Of a stretch of DNA of 64,000 nucleotides, positions 17,742 through 30,960 are shown piece by piece (within the stretch, counting starts at the first letter, position 1; every line of letters begins with the position of its first letter). The stretch is from NCBI GenBank assembly GCA_964016885.1, contig OZ024748.1, forward strand, positions 27,528,001-27,592,000, written 5' to 3'. The notes beneath the pieces are model-generated. The model made no database searches, was not told the origin of the DNA, and saw only the letters and a program-made list of their open reading frames with translations. A program made the position numbers and the translations under genes. The DNA is from Eledone cirrhosa (lineage: Eukaryota).

Positions 17742-18030
17742 AAGTTAACCTCGGTGGGATTTGAACTCAGATCGTAAAGGCTCGTAACTCTATGCTGCAA
17801 AGCATGGCATCCGACTCTCTACCAATACTGCCAATCCGCCACCCTTTTAATAATTATTTCTACTTTTGGCACAAGTCCAGCAATTATTCCAGTGCATTAC
17901 TGGTACCTTATTTTATCGATCCCGTAAGGATGAAAGGCAAAGTTAACCTCGACGGGATTTGAACTCAGAGCGTAAAGGGGCGTAACTATGCTGGAAAGCA
18001 TGACGTCCGACCCTCTACCGATACTGCCAT
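17742..18030 (-). mobile_element. Two tandem family A SINE copies
   Basis: Two GGATTTGAACTCAG (B-box reverse complement) units at ~17757 and ~17955. Confidence 0.85.
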
Positions 18031-18129
18031 TTCAATATGATGTATACAAAGGGAAAAGAAAAAAAGAAAGAGAAAAATACACAAGCATGTAATACACACA
18101 TCTTAGACCACATAGAACAAAATGCAGGC

Positions 18130-18640
18130 GAAAGAGTAGAAAAACGAGCCACTACCAGAGGAAAAGATAGCAATGTAGCGAGGAGCACTGAGAACCCTCT
18201 CGAATAATTTTAGAGGCAGGCCAGCACTCTCGCAGCGTTACCTAAGGTGATGGCGACACTGAGCTGCTGGAACAACCAAGTGCCCTCACGAGCATCACCA
18301 GTTACCTCTGTTTGGCGAGCCGCCAGTGAAGATAAGAATCTCGCTGTCAGTAGCCCGATTCCCCCAAACGCCTCGAACGCCACAGGCTAGATAATGTAGT
18401 TAGCTGACAGAACACGGTATTTTAAGATTTTGTTCCGTTCAGCTGCGGATGTTGTAGTTCTCGCCCTTACCGCTGCATCCAGGATGTGGGAAGAAGCAAA
18501 AGAGTCACTAACTGTGACGTCCGAGGTAAGGCACCTGCTTCTTGACCAGGAGCACAGAATAAGGCCGTCAAATCTTTTCCCATCAATTCAGGACAACCCA
18601 GACGGTTCCAAAATTGAGGGGATGTTTTCCCGGACCAAAG
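18130..18640 (-). mobile_element. Probable Tx1-like LINE ORF2 fragment (decayed)
   Basis: GC-richer block whose minus strand resembles the C-terminal region of the Tx1-like copy at 40277-41600; low similarity. Confidence 0.4.
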
Positions 18641-18854
18641 CTCTTAAGTGGTAATAGGACAGTGTGTATGTGCGCATGCGTGAGTTTGTCAGCGTTCTTA
18701 AATTAGAGACACGTGTGTGTGTGTGTGTCACTGTTTTTAAGTTAGACATATATATGTGTGTATCCCTTTCCTTCCTTTTACACACACATACATTGACAAA
18801 AACACACATACATATTGTGTGATGGACGGGTGGACAGAAGTCCCTCAAATTTAT

Positions 18855-19480
18855 ATACATGTGAATGGAGTTCTACTGAAGCAGTTAGAGAAGTTCAAGT
18901 ATCTTGGAGCCGTGTTCATGAGTGATGAAATGCAAGAAGCTGAATTAAGTGCAAGAATTGCAAAAGCTGATGCAGTAATGCACCAGCCTCAGCATTCAGC
19001 AATTAGAAGAAAGGGGGTAGGTGTAAAAGCCAAACTCGCTGTCTTCCTGGTATTCCTGCCAACTCTTACTGAGGATCATGAATCTTGAGTAATGACCAAA
19101 AGAATACAATTGCAAATAAAAGCGGCAGAAATGGGATTCATCCCAAGGGTCTTTGGAGTAACGTTACTCAGAGACCAGAGAGTCACTTCTGGTAGAGCCG
19201 CTACTTCTCCAAATTGAGAGATCACAACTCCGATATTATGGATATGTGGTTAGAATGTCTCAGTAAAGAATCGCCGGACACATTTTACAGGCAAAACCAA
19301 CCGACAAGAGACCCAGAGGTAGATCCTGAGCAAGATAGTTGGATAACATCCATGAGCTTGGCTGATCACGCTTTGGGATCCAACTGGATCAGTTACACAC
19401 TCTACTGACAGACACGCTGGAAGGAGTGTTTGAGAAGGGCTCTTCCCCCACGACCCTCTCAGAAATAAGTGGGTGAAGAA
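18855..19480 (+). mobile_element. RTE-clade LINE 3' fragment
   Basis: VNGVLLKQLEKFKYLGAVF..ELSARIAKA..LPTLT; related to 21452-21905. Confidence 0.85.
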
Positions 19481-19728
19481 GAAGATATTGTCAATTTACT
19501 TTTCAATATACATATATCTATATGCATATATATTTGCGCATAATACCAATATGCACACTACATATGCTAGCAGAAAACCGCTCGAAGGGCGGTTTTTCTG
19601 CTAGTTAATGTTAATGTAGTTATGTTCCCTATTTATGGGAGAAATACAGGATGGTCATGGATGGAATGTCTTTGATCAAAGGTCTGCTCGATCAGAACTG
19701 ACACCAACAACAAATAAATAATCAGAAG

Positions 19729-19794
19729 TGAAACTCTACCTGGAATGAAACTCTACCTGGAATGAAACTCTACCTGGAGTGAAACTCTACCTGG
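19729..19794. repeat. 17-bp minisatellite GAAACTCTACCTGGA(A/G)T, about 4 copies
   Basis: Direct reading. Confidence 0.9.
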
Positions 19795-20143
19795 TCACAC
19801 GACATGCTACAAATAGCAACCAAACTTCCTTCAAACCACACCCTCCCTTCTAATAAAAGAACACATTAGATAAGGTGTTAGCCCGAGTTCCCTCCAGGCA
19901 CGGAGAAACAAACATGATGACCACGGCTGGAAAATCATCCAAAATCGGCTCGATCAGTGCTGACCTAGGGCTAAACAATAATAACAACAACAATGAGAAG
20001 AAGATATATGTTGGGGTGATGTGCCAACTACAATGATGGATCTCTACATCCATTGGATCGTTGCCAGATGGGATGGCGCTTTTCTGGCCCCCTTGAACCT
20101 TACAGATTCGTTTTTGGCAACAGCACAATACAAACACACACAC

Positions 20144-20224
<81 letters not shown>

Positions 20225-20235
20225 TGAAGAACTTT

Positions 20236-20356
<121 letters not shown>

Positions 20357-20418
20357 ATATATACTTAAATATGTGAATACATATATATGTTTATGTATAT
20401 ATATATATTTGTGCGGGG

Positions 20419-20461
<43 letters not shown>

Positions 20462-20650
20462 TGTATACATAGACACACGCAAATATTACTGAGCCTTCAA
20501 TAAATATCAAATATATACAGTTAAATGTAGATATATATCAAAATGTGCCTATCTACACACACACACACGTTTGTATATGGGTATGTGTATGATGTATGTA
20601 TATGTATATGCACATATATATATATATGTTTATATATATGTGTGTGTATG

Positions 20651-20686
<36 letters not shown>

Positions 20687-20920
20687 TGAATATTATTTCT
20701 TTACACCTATGCGTGCCAATACGTTATACTTAAACACAATGTGTATATATGTACATATATATATATATATATAATGTGTGTGTGTGTGCGTGTGTGTGTG
20801 TATATATATTACACAAACATATGAATGTACATCTTCACACATTAATGTACGACATATATATGTAAAATATCCCAACATTGGAAATGAAATAAAGTCTGGG
20901 ACTGGAGAGATCTTCTTCTT

Positions 20921-20997
<77 letters not shown>

Positions 20998-21451
20998 ATT
21001 GAAGTCAGTAGCCAGTCAGACAGTGACAGGGGACAACCAACGCAACTGCTATTTTGGCTGCCTCTAACACCAAACCACCAAGGAAGAGAAAGAGATAAAC
21101 GAAAATCTGAACTTATATATATATGTAAACTATGTTCTCTAATATTCTCTTCTAATCAATATTCACCTTAACTTTATTATATATTTTTTATCATATTTTT
21201 TCTAGTATAAAGAAGTCGAAATTTTTATCGACTGAAACCGGTACTAAAAATTCTGCTTTAAAAAATGTTTTTGTTTTTCTATGATAAAATTCTATTAGCA
21301 TTTTTCTACTGTTTTCTTATTTTCCTTATATCTTCTTCTTCTTCTTCTTCTTCTTCTTCTTCTTCTTCTTCTTCTTCTTCTTCTTCTTCTTCTTCTTCTT
21401 CTTCTTCTTCTTCTTCTTCTTCTTCTTCTTCTTCTTCTTCTTCTTCTTCTT

Positions 21452-21905
21452 CTAGACACATGTCCATAGTATAGGAGCTGTGATCTCTCAATTCGGAGCA
21501 GTAGCGGCTCTACCTGGAGTGACTCTCTGATCTCCAAGCTACTCACTTTATTGAGTAAAGTTACTCCACATTTCATCGGAGGAACCTTATTTCGGCTGCT
21601 TGTATTCGCGATCATATTCTTTCGGTCATTACCCTAAATTCGTGACCATAGGTAAGGGTTGGCACGAATACTGAATTGAAGATAGTGAGTTTGGGTTTTA
21701 CACCTACCTCCCTTCTTCTGATTACCAAATGCTGAAGCTGACGCATTACTTCACCAGTCCCTGCAATTCTTGCACTTAATTCAGCCTCCTGTCTTCCATC
21801 ACTTGTAAATACGTCCCCAAGATACTTGAACTTCTCCACCTGCTTCAGTGGAACTCCATTCACATGTAGAGTGCACTGCGCAGGCTTCCTTGAGAGGATG
21901 AGTGT
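21452..21905 (-). mobile_element. RTE-clade LINE 3' fragment
   Basis: VNGVPLKQVEKFKYLG..PTLTYGHE..EIRESLQVEPLLLRIERSQLLYYGHVSR, ending in a (GAA)n tract. Confidence 0.88.
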
Positions 21906-22168
21906 CACATCTTCGCAGCATTGATAGAGATACATAAAGAGAAAGGGAGAGAGAGGGTGGCGAAAGAGATGGAGGAGGATGAGAGAGGGGAGAGAGAGAG
22001 ATAGGAGAGAGAGGGGGAGAGAAAGAGAGAGAGAGGTGGTGTACGCAGGTATGTAGGTCAATTACAGGTAGAATGACAAATAGACTAATCTTGAAACACC
22101 ATGAAGACCACAATGACAAGAGCGAGATAAAAGAGGGGGAAAAGAAAACAGACTAGCATACAGAGCGA

Positions 22169-22232
<64 letters not shown>

Positions 22233-22399
22233 GAGAGAGAGAGAGAGAGAGAGAGAGGGTGAGAGAGAGAGAGAAGCACTCATAGACAGTCAGGCAGACA
22301 TTCAGATTAACAGCAAACCAGAGAGAAATCCAACCTATCTGCCGATCACTGTGTTATGAAAATGAATAATGAAACAAATAAATAAACAAATAAATATTT

Positions 22400-22541
22400 G
22401 TTGTGGTGTGTGTGTGTGTAGAGGTCTCTAAACGTGGTGTATGTGTAGAGAGAGAGAGATCTCTAAATGTGGTGTATGTGTAGAGAGAGAGAGATCTCGA
22501 AACGTGGTGTGTGTGTAGAGAGAGAGAGATCTCTAAATGTG

Positions 22542-22611
<70 letters not shown>

Positions 22612-22658
22612 AAATGTGGTGTGTGTAGAGAGAGATCTCTAAATGTGGTGTGTGTGTG

Positions 22659-22699
<41 letters not shown>

Positions 22700-23135
22700 A
22701 AATGTGTGTGTGTAGAGAGAGAGATCTCTAAATGTGTGTGTGTAGAGAGAGAGAGATCTCTAAATGTAGTGTGTGTGTAAAGAGAGATCTCTAAATGTGG
22801 TGTGTAGAGAGAGGGATCTCTAAATGTGGTGTGTAGAGAGAGGGATCTCTAAATGTGGTGTGTGTGTAGAGAGAGAGATCTCTAAATGTGGTGTGTAGAG
22901 AGAGGGATCTCTAAATGTGGTGTGTGTAGAGAGAGAGAGATCTCTAAATGTGTTGTGTGTGTAGAGATCTCTAAATGTGGTGTGTGTTTGTGTATGTAGA
23001 GGTCTCTAAATGCGGTGTGTGTGTGTTTGTGTGTGTGTGTGTGTAGAGGTCTCTAAATGTGGTGTGTGTGTAGAGAGAGATCTCTCTAATTGTGGTGTGT
23101 GTGTAGAGAGATCTCTAAATGTGGTGTTTGTGTAG
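22400..23135. repeat. Minisatellite (GA)nTCTCTAAATGTGG(TG)nTA
   Basis: Around 20 imperfect units with a constant ATCTCTAAATGTGG core. Confidence 0.92.
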
Positions 23136-24544
23136 AGGTGTGTAGATGGGGGTGTAGATGTGTGTAAATGTTGGGGTGGGGGGATGTAGAAATGAAAACC
23201 AATCGACATAACAGAGTCTCTTCTACGTGACTAAGGCAAAGGAAAGATAATGAATGAATGAATAGGGGAGGGAGAACACAGGAGAGGGAATAGAGAGGGA
23301 ACGAGAGAAAGGGGGTGAAGAAATGGAGTGAGAGGGGACAGAACGGGAGAGAAGGAATGGAGAGGGAAAGAGAACGAGGAAGAAGAAATGGAGAGAGATA
23401 GAGAGCGAACCAGAGAGAACGAATGAAAAAGAGAGATGAGAAGAGAACGAAATAAGAAGGAATAGAGAGAGGGAGAGAAGGAAGGTAGGAATGGTGAGTT
23501 GTTTTGACCCCTGGGTGCCAACAAGCTACCCCACCTCCTATCAAGACTTCATGTCCCACCAAGATTTCGGGGTCAGGTTCGCCAGAAAGGCGAACCAAAC
23601 ACGAAACAGTAACAGTATCCAGCTTATAAGTTAGGCGAGATACAACAGCATAGCGGCGGAAATGACAGAAGCGCCTTCTTGTAATTTGACTTCGAAATGG
23701 AGACGTTTTTGTTGGTGTTTTATTTGGTGGTGAGGGGGTGTTAGTGGTGCTGTTTTGGTGGTGGTGGTGGTGGGGATCTGGTGTTGTTGGTGTTGTTTTA
23801 GTGGCGGTGATACTCCGGTAGTGTTGTTTTGTTGAGGTGCTCCGGTGGTGGTGTTCTGGTGTTGATGGTGTTGTTTTGATGGTGTGTTGAAGATGAGTTT
23901 GGTGTTCGTTGCAGTGATGTTTGTTTTTAGATGTTGTGAGGGTTATAGTTGTGGTTGTAGGCGTTGGTGGTGGTTGTGTTGCTTCTTGCGGTGGTATTTG
24001 TTGTTGTTGTGGTTGTTGTTGTTGTTGTTGTTGTGGTGGTGGTGGTGGTTGCATTGCCGCTTGTGGTGGTTTGGACTGCAGTAGTAGTGGCGGTGGCTTT
24101 AGCTGTAGTGACGGTGGTTAGATTGGTTATGTTACCAATTTTGGTGGTTTTTGTCTGTAGTGGTGTTGGTGGTGGTGTTGGTGGTGGTGGCGGTATTAAC
24201 TCTTGTGGTGCCTATAACTGTCGTGTTGGTGGTGATAGTGATTGTGTTACCAATCGTGGTGGTGGTGCTGTTGGCTCTTATGATGGATTTAGCTGTGGCG
24301 TTGGTGTTGGTGTTAGTTTTGGCCACTGTAGTGATGGGCGTTTGGGCTGTTAACTATTGTCTGTTATAGTAGTTATGGTAGTTCTAGAAAATCAGTTTAC
24401 AACGAAAACCACATCATCATCATCATCATCAGCCTATTCACCATCATCATCACAATTATCATCGTCAACATCATCATGGTCACCATCACCATCGTCATTA
24501 GCAACATTAATACGCTCATCATCGCTAGATTTGTGTGACTGCGT

Positions 24545-24583
<39 letters not shown>

Positions 24584-25401
24584 TTTACGACAGAGTGCAC
24601 GTGAGTGTTTATGTGCGTCTTTCAGTCGATGTGCTTGGCGGTGGTCTCATATATATGTGTGTGTGTGTATGTGCGTGCGTGCGTGTGTTTGTGTGTGCGT
24701 GAGTGTGTGTGCGTGTGCGTATGGAGGGGCGTGTGTGTGTGTAAGTGAATGTTGTGTGTATGGTTGATTACTTATGTATACAAGTGTGCTAAGGTATGGA
24801 AGTAAGTATGCGACAATGTGCGTGTAAGTCTGTGAGTTTGTGTACGTGTACGTGTACGTGTGTGTGTGTGTGTGTCTGATTGTATGCATTCTTTACTGTT
24901 AAAATAGGGGGAGCCGGGGAAAAAAAACAAGCTTGTTGGTTTTGATACGAGAGTTGTCGATAATTTCCGAAAGAGACGTCACCATAGCCGCCGACATAAC
25001 TCAGTGATTTCCGGTCATTGAACACTCCAATCAGAAGTCAATTAGCAGCTTTCACTTCCACTACCACCACCCCTCCCACTCCACAGCAAAACAACACGAA
25101 CATATGTAGATCTGTGTGTGTATATATATATATATATATAGGACGGGTAAGATTCCCGAGATCATATATATATATATATATGGTTGATATATATATACAT
25201 ATATACATATATATATATGTGTATTAATATATATATATATATATATTTATTTATTTATTTATTTACGTATAGCACGGAGCATATGTGCATAAACACACAT
25301 GCACCGTGTTGTATTATGACAGTATTGTATTAGCTCAATGTACAAGAACAGAGCCGTTATATGTAAAAGAAACCAAAGAACGCTTACATACTCAAACAGT
25401 T

Positions 25402-25460
25402 TTTATTTGCTTACAATGTTTCATCCATACCGATTGGTAGGAATCCTCAGAGCTTAATAA
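25402..25460 (-). ncRNA. Type I hammerhead ribozyme-like motif
   Basis: Minus strand: gct-CUGAGGA-ttcctacc aatc ggtatggat-GAAA-cattg-UA-agc; short stem I, imperfect stem II base. Confidence 0.6.
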
Positions 25461-26131
25461 ACACAGTGCTGAGTATAAGCTCCACCAAGCTTAGTCACAC
25501 GAACAATCGGAATACAATAGAGGGTAAAGATAGGGAGATCGGAGATGGCGAACAAGGAGAGGGTACATGTTGGGGTTGTTAAGCACCACAGTTAAATGCT
25601 AGGGCACAAGCAGATTTCACAAGATGCAGATACAATTGATGGCTCACAAAAGCAAAACATACAAGCAATGGTTAAAGCATAATAAAAAAAAAATAAAATA
25701 ATAAAAAAAATAATAATAATAAAATAATAATAAAAAAATAAAAGGAAGATAATATAAAGAGATAAAAAGTAAATAAAAAGATTAAAAAATTTCAAAAAAT
25801 TTTTTTAAAAAGAAAGAAATGAAAACAGAAAGAAGAAAGAAGAAAAATGTTTTAAGCACATAAAGAAGCCAGAGGAATTTAAGCGCTGGTCCCTAATAAA
25901 ACGAGTGAATAGGATCTCCGTAACTTATAGTTATATAAGCACTAAGAGGTTCTTAAGGTACATCCAGAAAGACCACAGTAATCAAAATCCCCGCTATGGT
26001 ATACATATACAAGGTATACTGGTAGGTACCTGAATTACGTAGCCAATGGATGCTCCAGAAGCATATTTTGATTACTGTGGTCTTTCTGGATGTACCTTAA
26101 GAACCTCTTTGGTTTCTTTTACATACATACA

Positions 26132-26199
<68 letters not shown>

Positions 26200-26321
26200 A
26201 AAGTTCTATTTAAAATTGTCTGGATATAACAAGTAAATATAACTGATATAAAGCACTCGACAAGTATTTGGAGTAGATATACGATATTAATAAATGGAAA
26301 CTATATTTATAAAACCATATT

Positions 26322-26386
26322 TATTTCATTATACATATTTCAGGGATACCAAATTAAATTATGGTATGCCTTCATCAGACAAAATA
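26322..26386 (-). ncRNA. Type I hammerhead ribozyme (family H1), inverted copy
   Basis: Exact reverse complement of 26975-27039. Confidence 0.8.
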
Positions 26387-26974
26387 CAATATATAACAGT
26401 TTTACAAATAAGTTTTACAAATTAAACCCAAATTTTGGTATATTGATCTCAAGTTTTAAACTAAACATGTAGTCATTATTGAACAATGTTTAATTTCTCA
26501 TATTATATATTTATGTCCCATTCATGAATATTAATATTTATATTTTTATTATTCATTTCATATAAATTGTTAACTCAACTTAATAGGACATGACGTAAAG
26601 TTTTCATTTTCTCCCCCTCTCTCTATATAATATTTCTCTCTCTTGAGTTTTTCTATCTGTCTGATGACTTAATATCTCTCTGTTGCTTTCCTCTGTTTTT
26701 CTTATTTCTTATTTCTTCCTTTTTTCTTTCTTTCCTCCTGTCTTTATTTATCTCTTTCTTTTTTCTCCATGCATCTCTCTCTCTCCGATACTTCTCCACG
26801 TTTTTTCTTTCTCTCTCTCCGTCTTTTTCTTTCTCTCCGTCTTTTTCTAATTGTCCTTAACACTATGACTTATTAAAATAATATAAACAACTCACTATCC
26901 GGATGGCTTCCAAAAATAATGGTTGCATTTTAATAGGGTCCGTCAAAGCTTATTTGTAAAACTGTTATATATTG

Positions 26975-27039
26975 TATTTTGTCTGATGAAGGCATACCAT
27001 AATTTAATTTGGTATCCCTGAAATATGTATAATGAAATA
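26975..27039 (+). ncRNA. Type I hammerhead ribozyme (family H1)
   Basis: tattttgt-CUGAUGA(26983-89)-agg c atacca..tggtat c cct-GAAA(27020-23)-tatgta-UA-atgaaata. Confidence 0.8.
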
Positions 27040-27171
27040 AATATGGTTTTATAAATATAGTTTCCATTTATTAATATCGTATATATATATATATGATCTC
27101 GGGAATTTTACCCGCCCTATATATATATATATAATATTAATAAATGGAAACTATCTTTATAAAACCATATT

Positions 27172-27233
27172 TATTTTATTATATATATTTCAAGGGTACC
27201 AGTATTTTGGTACGCTCTCATCAGATAAAATAC
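27172..27233 (-). ncRNA. Type I hammerhead ribozyme (family H1)
   Basis: Minus strand: tattttat-CUGAUGA-gag c gtacca aaatac tggtac c ctt-GAAA-tatata-UA-ataaaata. Confidence 0.82.
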
Positions 27234-27282
27234 AAAATTTGATTCATATGTAGGTATGTCACTCTTTATAAACCAATTTTTG

Positions 27283-27341
27283 TATTTTATCTGATGAGAA
27301 CGTACCAAAATACTGGTACCCTTGAAATATATATAATAAAA
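27283..27341 (+). ncRNA. Type I hammerhead ribozyme (family H1)
   Basis: ttttat-CUGAUGA(27291-97)-gaacgtacca..tggtaccctt-GAAA(27324-27)-tatata-UA-ataaaa. Confidence 0.78.
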
Positions 27342-27618
27342 CTAAATACGGTTTTATAAAGATAGTTTCCATTTATTAATATTATTGATATTATACTCCA
27401 GAAGAAAACCGTTGAGTGCTTCTAATCTGTTATAAATAAAATTTGTTGACTAATCAACAAATTAAATAACTCATTGTTTATATATATATGTGTGTGGGGG
27501 GGCGGGTATGTATATGTATATTATATATATATATATAATATACATATACATATATATACACACACACACATATCAATAAATAACCAAACAGTATTTATTT
27601 ATATAGATAGATATTAGG

Positions 27619-27761
<143 letters not shown>

Positions 27762-27946
27762 AAAACACAGGGAGGTTATTACCGTAGTATGTGGAGTACT
27801 CGGTCCTTAGCAAACCATACTGGAGGACACGTGTTTCATCCTCCCGATTCTCAACTCAGTGAGGTTGTGCTGGGAATGGAAGTGTATATGAGCTGACTGG
27901 TCTCTGCGCATGTCGACAAGGGAGACAATTCCCCTTAGATTGTTGA

Positions 27947-28172
27947 AAGCCACATATGGTCACTCAAAGACGCAGAGATCGAGGACTCCATTCAATGGAA
28001 TGTTCTGACCAAAATTACGCCATACGGAAATGGGAATTTGTCTTGTGGGCTGTGTATCAATGAACGAATAAATATCTTGCTGAGATGACGTAATAGCACT
28101 TGTCTCAATACAAGATATGATTTTTTTAATCGCTGCCCCGACGCTGCCAAATACCTGTTACGTAACTACAAG
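27947..28172 (+). mobile_element. Penelope-like element (Nematis-type) C-terminal GIY-YIG fragment
   Basis: SHIWSLKD..IQWNVL..PY..CGLCINER..I..*..CLNTRYDFFNRCPDAAKYLL matches the Nematis-type WxLK..W..Y..CxLCxxE..LNxR..CxH..K pattern; internal stop; not in the ORF track. Confidence 0.75.
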
Positions 28173-28272
28173 GAACCCCTACTAATTTTACCCAGAATGA
28201 ACTGAATCATCTCTCTTTCAACAGTCTAACTTGAGTTGGCGGTGGTAGTGGTGGTGGAGGTGATGGTGGTAA

Positions 28273-28350
<78 letters not shown>

Positions 28351-28351
28351 C

Positions 28352-28410
<59 letters not shown>

Positions 28411-28585
28411 CGGTGGCGGAGGTGTTGGTACTAGGGTACAGCATTTCTGCAATAAGCATTACTTATTCAAAGCGCGTGACCAAGTGTTAGGGTATTCGGC
28501 TCACGATTGAAATTCTAGGAGTTCCATTCTTGCCGACCTGTTCTGTTCTTGTACAAGACACTTTATTTCACGTCGCTCCAGTCTA

Positions 28586-28675
<90 letters not shown>

Positions 28676-28799
28676 GTGTGTGTGCGCGTGGGTGGGGGGT
28701 GGGGGTAGTGTGTGTGCATGTGTGTGTCTGTGTGTGTGTATGCGTGCGTGCGAGTGTGGGCGTGTGTGTGTGTGTCAATGTAAATGTGTATAAAGTGGG

Positions 28800-29065
28800 A
28801 TATGAAGAGTCGGATATTGTGCGCAAGAAAGAAGCCTATGCTGGTATATGCATTAAAGATATATCGAGTGTTCCAAATGGAATGAAGTTGTAGAGGAAAA
28901 ACAAGAAAGGCATGGTCAGATGTGATCAAAACTGATCTGATGGTGTTGAACCTCACAAAGCAGATGTCAAAAGAATGCAACAAATGGTATGACGTTGTTC
29001 TGCTTTACGGGGGACTCATCCAACCCATGCTAGAATGGGAAAAGCGGACGTAGAGATGTGATGAC
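28800..29065 (+). mobile_element. Decayed RTE-clade LINE 3' end
   Basis: CRGKTRKAWSDVIKTDL-like reading and a tail similar to 9310-9620. Confidence 0.5.
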
Positions 29066-29083
29066 GATGCATATATATATATA

Positions 29084-29118
<35 letters not shown>

Positions 29119-29134
29119 TTGCCAAAAATAAGAC

Positions 29135-30284
29135 TCACTGAAAATGGAAGTCGTTTGAACTGAAATGGGACATCAGTGGAGATAGGAGGAATTCATGAAA
29201 AGAACACATCCACCCCCCTACCACATCCTGTTAAAATGGTGGTTTGAATCACGTGTGGATACATATTTTTCATAACCAATCGAGTGCCGTTACATAGCTA
29301 TGGTGGGTCCAAATTCCTTAATAACATTATGGGTGCTCCTTCTTTAAGGTGAAGGACATGTGGAGGCATTCCTGGGGGTTCTAAAGAGTTGAGAAACTGT
29401 CGGGTAATTGACAGCTTCCAACTGTTCCACTACAATATTGACAGATCAGCAGAGCTTCGAAACATTTGGAATTCTTTTTAACAGCTCTTGATTTACCAGT
29501 TTCACAATCAAATTTTCGGAGCCAATATAGCCCTTTCATTGAGCCACATGTGACTTGCGAACTGATAATCAAGATTAGGGAACACTTTTTCTATGCGATG
29601 GAATAATGATTCCACCATTGTGTCTATGGAACTTACATCAATAGCTCCCTTTCTAGCTACAGAAAGTCTTCCGTCCTCAAGCATTAATAGATTCTGGGCG
29701 AACTGTTCTGATTGTTTGTCTCTACCTAGATATGCCCTCATGTTTGTAGTGGGCTTCAAATCTTTGATAGAAGTCCAAAGTGTCGATTTCTTTCAAAGAG
29801 GCTCGGATTTGATTAATGTTATTACTTTTTGAATGACTGGGAGAGTTTGTCTAAAATCTCCTCCTCTTACTACTACTACTACTACTACCACCAATACTAC
29901 TACCACCACCACCACTACTACTACCACCACCATCACCACCACTGCTACCTCTACCACTACCACCACCACCACCATAGAAGATATAGGAAGAGAGTGAGAA
30001 AGTGTGGTAAAGATATATAGAGAGGGGAAAGCGTAAAATACAGAGAGAGACAGATATATATAGAGAGAGGTATTGTGACAGTTGTAATGGTATTCTATAT
30101 TGACGATCTTGAAGTTGATTTATATCTCATAACAATTAGATTTTTCATAACTAACAACCCTAAAACAGTCTCCCTGGGACGAGGATTTCGGAAATGAAAA
30201 CCGTTTTTCTCTGGGATGCACCGTTTCGGAACTTTTGAGAGACATACACATATACACACGAACATTCTCATTTATAGTATAGAT
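29135..30284 (-). mobile_element. Deleted Helitron with PIF1-like helicase fragments
   Basis: [78 protein letters not shown]; 5' TCTATACTATAAATGAG terminus near 30284. Confidence 0.85.
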
Positions 30285-30752
30285 ATAGATATATATATAT
30301 GAGTGCCTGTGTGCATCCGTGTGTGTGTGTGTGTGTGGGTGTGTGTGTGTGTGTGTGTGTGTAATATGTTCTCAATCTTCCTTTCTGTCTTTCTAACTCA
30401 TTTCATGTATCCCCATCTCCTCCTTCCACTCATACTTATACACAAACTCCATCGCCCACCCTCACTCTCAATCTCTGCCATTGGTCTTTCCTTCCATTCT
30501 GTCTTTCAATCTCACATTTCGTGTAATAGTCCTCCTTCTTCTTCTGCTCACTCCTCCTCCTCCTTCTCCCCTCTTGCTATCACCACCACCACCACCACCA
30601 CCACCCTTACTCACACTCTCCAACAACATCATGTGACGTCACTGTGTATGAAACTGTCTGTGTTCCTTCACCTTTGCTCCATCCATCAGACACAACTAGA
30701 CATGGATTAACACGAACATATCTCTTCACACACACATGTATTCTCAGATTTA

Positions 30753-30836
<84 letters not shown>

Positions 30837-30850
30837 ATCTATCTATCTAT

Positions 30851-30898
<48 letters not shown>

Positions 30899-30927
30899 CA
30901 CACACACACCCACACACACACACACAT

Positions 30928-30960
<33 letters not shown>

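Noticed and set aside
15785-17800. 671-aa L/V-rich ORF
   Set aside because: Translation of a triplet-phased minisatellite flanked by SINEs; no domain content.
21195-21250. AGTCGA/TCGACT-GAAA-CCGG-TA hammerhead-like motif
   Set aside because: 5' core reads ATAAAGA, too degenerate to call; probably a decayed relic.
22400-23135. CRISPR-like constant core with variable spacers
   Set aside because: Spacers are only (GA)n/(TG)n slippage variants in a eukaryotic context.
23086-24054. 322-aa ORF
   Set aside because: Mostly low-complexity repeat translation around a short unique island; no domain recognised.
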